A DNA stretch of 51,518 bases, the filler included, from Dirinaria sp. TL-2023a (lineage: Eukaryota): NCBI GenBank assembly GCA_051941275.1. It is 3 parts of 3 records of this genome, joined end to end, with 100 filler letters (N's around TTAATTAATTAA, not from the genome) between each part and the next. Parts side by side here need not be neighbours in the genome. Positions count along the whole stretch, not along the records: positions 1 to 17,122 come from JAVEBF010000453.1; 2 more parts are not named here. The stretch is one strand, 5' to 3'. Shown piece after piece: positions 1-10,700 of the stretch. The number at the start of each line of letters is the position of its first letter. Position 1 is the stretch's first letter. A program made the position numbers and the translations under genes. The notes beneath the pieces are model-generated. The model was given only the letters and a program-made list of their open reading frames with translations, was not told where the DNA came from and ran no database searches.

Positions 1-495
1 GATAGGGGGGTTTGAAGTGGGAAGGGGTCTTGAGGGGATGAAGGTGTTTTGTGTGGATTGTAAGGAGGAATGTATATATTGGGAAGATGATAGTGGATAA
101 GGGCTTTGTTTGGGAGGGGATCAATGGCATGGTACTGTGTAGTAGAGGGGGCTGTTGCAGTGAGAATGGCTTTGTTTGATTTGTGCGTAACCCAGGACCG
201 GCGTGGAGAACTATTGTCCGCATTCATGTCGTAGAGAGCATGGCTTGTTAGTATGAAATTGTGTATTGCGAATAAGCTGAGAGAGAAAATCAGTGGAACA
301 TTGTCGGGTAGGATGTAATAACAACTTTTAGCCGGTTAACGAGAAAGGGAGACGATTGGACCGTATGTGTACCAGAGTGGCTGCCTCGACGAAGATGAGA
401 CCGAGGAGAAGAGAAAGTATGAATGGTGTCAAACAAGTCAATTGCAGACAGGAGGATCTGTGGTAGAACTTTGAATTAGAGTGGTAGACATGAGA

Positions 496-916
496 CGTGT
501 GCATGTGTGCTGCGAAATCTCGGCATCTCAAAATTCTTTCCCCCTACACGCGCAGTCACAAGTGCATGCCACGTAAGTATCAACGATTCGTTTTCATCTA
601 TCAATATTCTCCGATATTTTGCTGCCTCATAATTAAATGTATTCGTTCCTCGTTGGCGAAAGGACGAAATTCAAGCAAATAACGTTTTCAAGAAGTGACA
701 ATGAACTGATTCACCAAAAGTGTCATTATGAAATCGATGAATCGTTAAGTATTAAGGAACACAAAAAAACAAAAGAAAAAAACAAAAGGATGACTTTTGC
801 AATTTCAATCTTGAAGCATCGAGTCGAGGAAGAGAACGTTGATAGACGACGGTAACGCTGCGCATGTAGAGGAAAGAAATTTGAGATGTCAAGATTTCGC
901 AACGTACATGCACACG
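496..916. mobile_element. Degenerate inverted-repeat-bounded element (MITE / non-autonomous DNA transposon relic candidate)
   Basis: 496-555 (cgtgtgcatgtgtgctgcgaaatctcggcatctcaaaattctttccccctacacgcgcag) matches the reverse complement of 858-916 with about 8 substitutions and 1 indel. The interior is AT-rich with no recognisable coding sequence. No clear target-site duplication. Confidence 0.5.
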
Positions 917-2296
917 CCAAATTCTGCGTGAATAGAATGCTAATCGAATCGAGCATTTGGATTTAAAGATTTTAAGAGGTGAACTTGAGAGACGTCCGAG
1001 GGAAAACCCTGCTTTCGAAGTATCGAAACTCTAACTCAGGAGGAGCTTATGCAATCCAGAGCGCTTCAACCACAGAACTCCCAATCCACTCACCTTGTTC
1101 AGAGATAAGTTAGTTACACCGAGCTTGTGTCAAAGGGCGCACGTCATGGCTGGCCGGATTTCCGTTCGGTTGGCCTCGTTCCGCTTGTTCTTCATTGTAT
1201 TGGATTCCGTCTTTATCTTTCGCGCCCAATACCCCGCATAGGCACCACTGCGATATAGATTTTGTCTTGCACTACTTCCACGATTGGCAGGAGGAGAAAT
1301 CGTACATGAGCTACACCTACATGGACCAGTTGTTGCGCTGTTTGCACTCTCTGTCTTAGTCTGGACAATCGGGCGTCGTGGCTGCTCAATCTCAAGACAT
1401 TTGAGCGACGTATTGTAATAATTCCGATGGCGATCCCTCGGAATCGTGATGGCAGCATAGAGCATCCGACCTCAGAGCGCAGTGTCCCTCGGCTTCTTGG
1501 TCAACGAACGATCGTTAATGGTCGAGCACCACCACGGTTTTCGTAATGTTATGATAGAACAGCTTAGTTCGGCGCGCTCTTATCTCAAACTTCGAGCCCG
1601 CCATCAGTCACTGGGCTCGAACGCTCGCTCTTCCACGGTTGAGGAACACATAGAGTCGGCCGCTCTCTTTTCGTGATCTTTCCGTATCTGTAATTATGAT
1701 GCATTCATGCGCGTGATGGCTGTGGTCGGTCGCGCCAAGTACGGTCTCACCACTTTTATTAAGGTCACGATAGCGGCAATAATGAGGGTGCGAGGGTGTG
1801 AAGAAAGCCAAGATACGGATAAGGCCGTGCTCTATAGTGTATTTGATTCGTTAGCTTCACGAGGTGAACGGTCGATATGAGGTCTCGACCTTGTCCATAA
1901 ATGGTGTTCGACCAGCTGATTCCATCCCTGGGGCTGCTTGCTTACCTAAGGAAGCAATGCCCGAATTGATCCAAATGCAACGCCGGCGAGACCGGGTTTT
2001 AGATAGTGTCGGACCTCGCCATGGTGGCTACTGGCGTACTGGCACGTCAGCATCTGAAATCTGTTAGAAATGCGATTTCAAAATATAAAGCAGTGTCGTT
2101 GCGTAGAATGAGACGTAGAACGTAGTTCCCGCCGCCAGCCCGCCAGCCTCTCCGAAATAATTCCATGATGAGACTTCTACTGCTGTCAAAGTTAGGTTCC
2201 TCCATGCAATCGCATGAGACGTTTTGAAACAATGCAGTCTTGATATCAAGGTGTACTGCATATGCTCTCATGCTCTGTTGAGTGCCACCGGCAATC

Positions 2297-4153
2297 ATGT
2301 CCGGCCTCATAGCTGGTAGGGAAACAAGAAAGCCGCATCGAAACCACGCATACACAGAAAAAATAGAAAAAATTCGAAAAACAGAGTACCCTCACTTGAA
2401 AAGTTAACCATCCCCTAAACTCTAAACCTAGCTTGCTCCCAAGCTGACGTTAATTGTAGAGACAACGTACCTCGATCACGCGGGAATAACGCCCCATGCA
2501 AAGTCACTTGTTACGAAAACAATGAGGGATTTGAATTCGCACCTGTATGGCAACCCACACTCGCAATCCCCGTCGTCCATGCTATCCACGGGACGCATGG
2601 AAAAAGCTAGGACAGATATGCTCGGGTTCTTCAAAGCAAACCCAGAGCACTTTGATTTGATATTCGTCGCTAATGCCACTGCAGCCATAAAATTAGTGGC
2701 AGATGGCATGCGAGGTAGCGATCGTAGCGGAGAAGCCTCGGGCTTTTGGTATGGATACCATGCTGCGGCGCATACAAGCCTAGTCGGCGTCAGGGAGGTC
2801 GCAAGTGCAGCGAACATCCTCAATTGCGATGACGATGTCGAGAAGTGGCTCGCGGGAAAATTGACACACAATCAGGCCATGTGCAAGATCGGGTTATTTG
2901 CTTATCCGGCTCAGTCCAATATGAATGGTCGAAGATTGCCCTTGGACTGGCCAGGAAGGCTACGACGCTCCTCATACTCAGAGCATCAGAACATATATAG
3001 CCTACTTGATGCCGCGGCGTATGTGACAACGGCACAACTGGATTTAAGCAACCACTTAGAGGCACCGGATTTTGTGGCCCTAAGTCTCCATAAGATCTTC
3101 GGCTTTCCAGACCTGGGAGTGCTGATTGTTCGAAAAGATGCAGGACACGTCCTTAGCCAAAGATCCTACTTCGGTGGAGGGACAGTAGACATGGTCATTA
3201 ACGGTGTTGGTGGAGATTCGTGGCACGCTAGAAAAACTGGTCATCTGCACGAGGCGTTGGAGGATGGAACTCCCGCGTTCCATAGCATTCTAGCATTGAA
3301 GCCGGCTCTCGAAGTGCATCGGACTTTGTATCGAGACATGTCTAGCATATCGGAGCACTCTTCCTGGTTATCAAAGGCTTTGTATGAGAGCATGTCTAGC
3401 TTGTCTCACTATAACGGAGTCGCGTTATGCCGGATATACAAAGATCCATCATCGCAATATGGCGATCCTAAGAGTCAAGGTCCGACAATAGCGTTCAACA
3501 TTCAGACCAGTACACAGAGGTGGGTACAGAAGTCTCATGTTGAGCAGCTAGCCATCGTCAATGGCATTCAGTTACGGACTGGAGGTGTCTGCAACCCTGG
3601 GGGCATTGCGTGGGCCTTGAACCTCACCTCTCAGGAGATGAGAGCCAACTTTGCCGAGGGTCTGAGATGCGGTAATGGAGTAGACGAAATGAATGGAAAG
3701 CCGACCGGGGTCATCCGAGTCAGCTTAGGAGCAATGAGCAACACTCATGATATCCAGGTTCTGCTGTCCTTCCTACGTTTATTTCTTGAGGAAGACGCAC
3801 CCCCAGACGTAGACGAGAAGGCGCCGAACCGAGCGCCGAACACGCCGCTCTCATCGCTGACCAAACTACCGAGATTCGAGACGACGGAAGTAGAGAAGAC
3901 CGTAACGTACGAAGAAAGGCGCATGGAGCTTGATGGTCTACAACCATACAGTTCCCAATACGCGTGCCCAGTAGCGGCGTGCAGAGCAGTTCACGTGGGT
4001 GAGGAAGAGCTTGGGGAACATTTCCGTGTCCACAAACAAAGCACGAGTAAGGGAAATTCCCGGCGCCAATCGGTCCGAAGCCTAGGCCGCATAGGAACTA
4101 CTTTAATGGGGCCAAGAGGGTTTTGGAAATTGTGTTGCAATCATCTCTCGTAG
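2297..4153 (+). CDS. Molybdenum cofactor sulfurase-like PLP-dependent (class V aminotransferase / NifS-like) protein lacking the MOSC domain, ~599 aa
   Basis: Exons 2297-2402 and 2460-4153 (intron GTTAAC..GCTGAC..TAG). Motifs: IRKTEYPHL, TYLDHAG, LYGNPHS, ANATAAIKLV, LFAYPAQSNMNG, LLDAAA, PLP-Lys SLHKIFGFPDLG, FGGGTVD, EDGT, persulfide Cys RTGGVCNPG, GVIRVSLGAMS. Confidence 0.85.
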
Positions 4154-4854
4154 CGTAATCCAACCGGATGCCTTTTGGCACCGCAAAAATCTTCAATTGA
4201 GTTCTCTTTTTAGGAGCCTCTTTTCTTGCTTCAAAAATTTTCTTGACAGCAATCCAAAAGCAAAATATTTCGCAGAAAAAAAAATAAGATTAACACAGCG
4301 CTGTCAATGTCAAGCAAATGTCAACATCTAATCAGAACTAATAGCACATTTTGAACAATACAATCATCGACATGAATGATGTTTACAAAACTTCAAAAGC
4401 CTTCGGATACATTTGCTCTAGGAGGTGTTTTTGAAAACAAAGGGCACCCGTCAATATGTCGATTCCATCTGGCAGTGGAAATATTTGCTTTATGATTTGC
4501 TCTACATATTATATCAGGACTATTTTGAAACTCCCCTTGGCCCCGTTAAAGTACTGAGGCCACATCCTGCCGCTGGTTGAGAGCCGTGGCGAAGCAACTT
4601 GGGAGCTTGGACATCCGGAATGCTCGCACTCGGCAGATCATAGACCACCAAGGCAACGCACTCGGCGCCTAGTGCGTTGCAGAAGCTGAGGAAGATATCT
4701 CCTCCTAACTTTCTATGGCGACAAAGTGGAAACTCTTGGCCTACTCTGGGAACAGCTTGATTCTCCCCCGCAAACATACAGAGCATTGCAACTCGGTCGA
4801 GAAGGAAATCTGCAGGCTATCTACGGCTGCAGTTGCTTGTCCATTTAGATTTTC

Positions 4855-5175
4855 TTACGCCATAAATCTCAATCCGTCAACGAGAACACGTGAACCTGAA
4901 CATGAGTCTCTTAGTCGCCCAGGGCAGGTGTTTTTTAGATCGTAACAGTTCATGCAGCACGCATTTGGTGTCTTGTGGAGTAGTTGAGAGGAAATGGAAG
5001 GCAGGTAGGACAGTATAGAGTCATAGGGGAGTGGGATTATTATTAGATTGTGGACGTTTGAGGAAGAGAGTTCTGGGGAAAGGCTGGTGAAGATCGAGGC
5101 TCTGGCTTTGGAGGGCGCTATAAGGAGGAATTTCGATGTTCTGTGGTTGTGAATTTCTCCCGCTGAAAGACTCAA
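4855..5175 (-). pseudogene. Possible degenerate F-box-like gene fragment
   Basis: Weak F-box-like stretch SIFTSLSPEL..HNLIIIPLPYDSILSYL followed by CCMNC. No ATG ahead of the motif and no clean continuation. Pattern recognition only. Confidence 0.15.
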
Positions 5176-5573
5176 GAGTCACCCACGATATAGAAATGCC
5201 ATACGCAGGCTCGCTTCCTTAAGGGCAGCGGATATGCTAGGGGATTGATGGGGTTCTATAGGCCTGTTATCAAATTTCAAAGTACTTCAAAGTACATGTA
5301 GTCTAAGTTCTTGGCTGGAGAGCAGAGACGCATGGTGCTTATGCTCTAGATAGACTGAAAAATTTCAAAGAATCTACTGGTAAAAGAGAGAAACAACTTC
5401 AATCCTCGCGGCGGAAATTGGAGCAATGCCGCTGGACTCTGACAGCAATGGTGTTACAGACCGTTACCTACTATGAAGATTGATATAAGGGGCAGTGGAA
5501 CTGTATACATGTAAAAGATGCAGCTACACATTATTTTCTCGCATTTCACCCCATACGTAAATGCCAATCTAAG

Positions 5574-5897
5574 TTATGCACGCTTTGCTACGCTTTTTCG
5601 TTCGAGCCTTAACAGTCTTACCTGACGTCTTCCGAGGGGTTCTTCTTGCCCTCCAAGGTCCAAAGGTCCCAAACTTTGCTCCAATGCCGTCACATCGGCC
5701 TTCGGAACCCAGTCCTGTGGGTTTGGCCATGTGAACTTGGCAAATTGGCATTTAGGACATGTCGATTCAGAAAATTTAAGCTCACTCCCAGTACAGTCTG
5801 CTGTACTCCCCTGGCCATATATGTAGGGCTGGCAGCGAATCATCTCGATGACTCGATGACGGCAGCCACGATAATAAGTTCGGAGTTGCAAACACAT
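5574..5897 (-). CDS. Small (107 aa) Cys/His-rich hypothetical protein, putative zinc-binding
   Basis: ATG with A at -3 (gccactATG). Pattern MC-x9-C-x-H-x7-C-x12-C-x11-CPKC. TATATAAA on the minus strand at ~6110-6117, about 210 nt upstream. Confidence 0.55.
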   Translation of the reverse strand: MCLQLRTYYRGCRHRVIEMIRCQPYIYGQGSTADCTGSELKFSESTCPKCQFAKFTWPNPQDWVPKADVTALEQSLGPLDLGGQEEPLGRRQVRLLRLERKSVAKRA

Positions 5898-7720
5898 AGT
5901 GGCCGAGTGATCGGTGCCGCTCTTGCTATGAGCTCTGACACGGGCTTTCCCAGTTGTAGACGTTGAGTCAGGCCTTCTTATTAACCGTGATTAAGCGTCT
6001 AGAAGGTGATCCTGAGCGATGTTTGGAACAGTGTTTCAACAAAGGTCTAGATTATGGCTTTCTGACGCTGCTGGATTGTATATAGAACCGCAGTAATGGT
6101 TCAAGGTCCTTTATATACGTAGGGCGCTTGTGGGACAATGGCTTTGTGGTTTGATCGAACAAAGCTGTTTCACATTCAAGATGTGAAGGTTAGTTCCCCA
6201 TTGTTGCATTTGAACTCTCACCTGCTAGTTCTGCGAGACGGCAGCGGGCCTACCCTCATTCCGCCGTTAAATCGTAAAAACGGCCATCTGTCTTGTTAAT
6301 GTAGTGGTAAATGTCATATGCAGCTACTTACTCGTCTCGGCCACTACAGAGGAAGTAAAATCATATCCTTTTGCGAGCGGAAGAAGTCGGAAGAATTCTA
6401 TAGTAGAGAACGGTTTCAATAACTATGTAGGTGTCGCAATCAGTAGCGCGATTCGACACTCCTCAAAATGGGGGTTGTGTGCATATGATCGACGGTTTCG
6501 AGATGGTTTGGTCCATTATTGTCGGCAATTCCGATGGGACACCTTCAAGATATAATGAAGGCTTCTCAGCTTTCAACGCATGTATTTAAGCCTCTCATCC
6601 GTTAAAAACGCTTTTTCCACAAGTGATGAATTCATTAGCCGAAGACTGGAGAGGAGATGCTGCATTTAGAAGGAAGGATCATGCCATACAGGGTTATCCC
6701 TCGGAATACATTACTCAGTGGGCCACCCTGACTCGGGAGATCAGGAGTGTGCGTGGCAGTCCCCAAACGGAAGAGGAACATTGGGAACAATGCGGCAACG
6801 TTCCAGAAAGCTCTGCCAATGCAAGGCACTGGCGACCGTTGTTTCGCCCATGCCCACCGGAATTGGTCTGAGCACAATGGAAATTAGTCATAATGCAATC
6901 AGAGAAAGAACATGTTGCATAGGCTTCTAGCTTTGTTCAAAGCGTTCAGAAGGTCTCCAAGAAGTAGTTGACCACACGGGTATTCAGAACAGGTCTGTGA
7001 AATAGGTGTATTTTCATCATCGCAAAGGGGGAACATCAACGCAGAGAAGAACACCAGCGTACCTGAGCAACGCCCATGCCACAGTGATTCCAAAATGTGA
7101 GGTACTTACTGTACTTGAGTAGTTTAGGTACAGTTATCCATGCTGTCAATAATCACGTTTGGGAGAGTCTTCCGCCCCTTTCTTCTGGTAGAAGGAGCTG
7201 CACTCTGCCGAGTACGAGTACCTACAGAGCTTCCGAACTACTCCGTACAGAGTCGGAATTTGGAAATCCAATTGCCCCTTGCCACGCCAAGACGGGAGGA
7301 ACAAACTACATTAGGTAAGCTCACTAAGGTACCTTACTCGTACAGAGCCTCGAAAAACAATCACGTGCGCAAACCCCCTGCAGTTCCCAAAGACCCAAAG
7401 CCTAAAGGGCAAAGACCCAAAAGCCCAGAAGCCACAGTCGTTAGCGACCCGAAGCGAGGCGCGACTCTACCTTAAGCAAGAAACCGTCCGTGGCCCTTGG
7501 CTCTACCAATTTTCGGCCATGGTTCACTACTGCCCTTCAGCCTGTCGCTCGCTCAGCTCGTCTGTTTCTGCTCTTTTATAGGCATGATTTCATTCTTTGC
7601 AGTGTATGGTCTTGCTATGTCCCCGGTCCCGTTCAGCCTCTAATGCAGCTGTTCACGTTGGCGAAACCGCCTACAAAGTATTATTGGGTGATTTGCTGAG
7701 ATTGCCAGAGCACAAGCGGC

Positions 7721-10700
7721 ATGGCCGAGGACAATCCAGAGCTACAAGAGAAATTGAGGGAACTGGATGCTGAGCTGGAAGAAGGAGAAATCACACAGAA
7801 AGGCTACCAGAAGAGAAGGACATTGATCCTCTCTCAATACCTTACCCCGTCCGATGCGGAGCGTACACAGAGGGGACTGCGGGTCCACTCCCCCGAAGAT
7901 ACCACGCATCCCTCGAATGATGGGTCAAGATCGGCTTCGTTTGCAGCGCTGAATTCGCGCTCGAACAATGGCTCCTTCAATTCTCAGTCGCACCCAAGAT
8001 CTGCTGCCCCTTCTCACTCCGACCAAGCCCAATCTGCAGAGCCATACAGCAATTATGGCGCGAGAAACCTCGCTGTCAGGAACCCAGATACACATCCAAA
8101 CCTTTCGCATGAGTCGGGTAACCATTTGAGACCGGCAACGCCCGGATCGTACACACCATCATCTGGAAACACTAGACAGCAGAGCATGGTAGAGTCCAAC
8201 TACGCTTTCACGCCTGGCAATGAGCAGGGGCTTAATGAACAGGACGACGGCGGCTATAATGAAAATGGGCAGACAAGGCAATCTACGCTTCTCGACTCTC
8301 AGCAAAATTATTTTTCCGACTTCGCAGGGCACCAGAATGAAGGCCAACGCGATAGTTATGGAGGGGGGCCTCATCGCTATTCAACAACTGACACCTTTTC
8401 ACCTACCGCAAATACAGCACCACCGCCTCTCAGAAGCAGCGATCTTCCTCCTGCGGGCGCTTTAAGTCATCAATTGCCTTTAGAGCCCCGCGATGTGCCT
8501 TTCGCCGTGTATGATCCGCATAACGGCAATGTCCCGATGTCAAAATTCGACAATATTGCTTCAGTATTGAGGCACAGAGCGCTCACGAACCCGAAGCAGC
8601 CGGCCTACTGGGTCCTGGATCAGAGAGGGAAAGAGACAGCCTCAATCACTTGGGAAAAATTGGCAAGTCGGGCAGAGAAGGTTGCCCAGGTCATACGAGA
8701 CAAGAGTAATCTGTACAGGGGCGACAGAGTTGCTTTGATCTATCGCGATACGGAAGTCATTGATTTCGCGGTTGCTCTCATGGGCTGTTTCATTGCTGGC
8801 GTGGTTGCGGTACCCATCAACAACATTGCAGGTTTCGCAATCGCCCCAAACAACAACCTTGACGACTACAAGCGGTTGAACCTAGTACTGACCACAACTC
8901 AAGCACACCTTGCCTTGACCACGGATGCGAATCTGAAGAATTTCCAACGAGACATTACGGCAAACAAGCTTAATTGGCCTCGCGGTGTGGAATGGTGGAA
9001 GACGAACGAATTTGGCAGCTTCCATCCCAAGAAGAAAGATGAGGCACCCCCGCTTGTTGTTCCCGATCTGGCATATATAGAGTTCTCAAGAGCTCCTACG
9101 GGGGATCTCAGAGGTGTTGTGATGAGCCATCGCACTATCATGCACCAAATGGCCTGTTTGAGCGCTATCATCGCCACTGTACCTACTAACAGCAACGACA
9201 CCTTCAACGCTGGCCTACGCGATAAGCAAGGACGCCTCATGGCAGGAGGCGGTGCTGGGGAAATCCTTCTGAGTTATCTTGATCCCCGTCAAGGGATTGG
9301 AATGATCCTCGGAACGCTCCTCACGGTCTACGGCGGCCACACCACTGTTTGGATGGAAGCGCGTGCTATTGATACTCCAGGCCTTTATGCTAATCTGATT
9401 ACGAAATACAAAGCCACCCTCATGGCAGCAGATTACCCTGGTTTGAAGCGAGCTGCCTATAATTACCAGGCCGATCCAATGACAACCCGAAATTTCAAAA
9501 AGAATTTTGAACCTAATTTTTCAAGCGTTAAGCTCTGTATGATTGATACCCTCACAGTTGATAGTGAATTTCACGAGATTTTGGCCGATAGGTGGTTGCG
9601 ACCGTTGAGGAATACCAGAGCCAGGGAGCTGGTAGCGCCGATGCTGTGTCTGCCAGAGCACGGCGGTATGGTAATAAGCGTACGCGATTGGCTGGGTGGC
9701 GAAGAACGAATGGGATGCAACCTCAAAATCAGTAGAACGAGCGACGACGAAGAGCAGGAGGAGAAGAAGACACAGAAGGCTGCAGTACCCCAAAATGCTT
9801 ATGGAAGCCTCATCGGTGGTGGTACGGCACAGCCAGCTGATCAGCAAGGGCGCACTGAGCTTAGCGAAGTGCTGTTGGATAAAGAATCGTTGAAGACGAA
9901 TGAAGTTGTCGTCGTGGCGATGGGCGACGAAGCAAGGAAGCGAGCCGGTACCGAACCAGGAACGGTCCGAGTCGGTGCTTTTGGTTATCCCATCCCAGAT
10001 GCTACCTTAGCCGTGGTGGATCCAGAGACGAGCTTACTCTGCACACCATTCGTGATCGGTGAGATTTGGGTAGATTCACCTTCTTTATCGGGCGGTTTCT
10101 GGGCTTTGCCAAAGCATACAGAAACCATTTTCCATGCCAGGCCGTACAAATTTCAAGAGGGCAACCCAACACCGATGGTGGTTGAGCCAGAATTTCTGCG
10201 GACAGGTCTGCTTGGTTGTGTCATCGAAGGGAAAATATTCGTGCTCGGTCTCTACGAAGATCGCCTGCGCCAGAAAGTCGAATGGGTCGAACATGGCATG
10301 GAAATTGCGGAGTACCGCTACTTCTTCGTACAGCATTTGATAATCAGTATCATGAAGAACGTACCGAAGATATTCGATTGTTCGGCATTCGACGTTTTCG
10401 TAAATGAAGAGCATCTTCCCATTGTAGTATTGGAGTCACAGGCTGCTTCGACCGCTCCAACGACTTCTGGAGGACCACCACGTCAGCTTGATACCGCTTT
10501 GCTTGAGTCGCTATCAGAGCGGTGTATGGAAGTGCTTTATCAAGAGCACCATCTCAGGGTCTACTGCGTGATGATTACGGCTCCCAACACGCTCCCAAGA
10601 GTGGTAAAGAATGGTCGACGAGAAATCGCCAACATGCTCTGTCGTCGAGAGTTTGACCTTGGTTCACTGCCGTGCGTACATGTTAAATTCGGTGTTGAGA

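Noticed and set aside
1..531. Minus-strand gene running off the left edge (hydrophobic ORF 328-531 plus an open frame to position 1)
   Set aside because: No convincing start, splice structure or known motif. Cannot be supported.
1130..2270. Short ORFs upstream of the sulfurase-like gene (also at 6300-7700 and 32446-32955)
   Set aside because: No recognisable domains or coherent exon structure, and frames are interrupted by stops.
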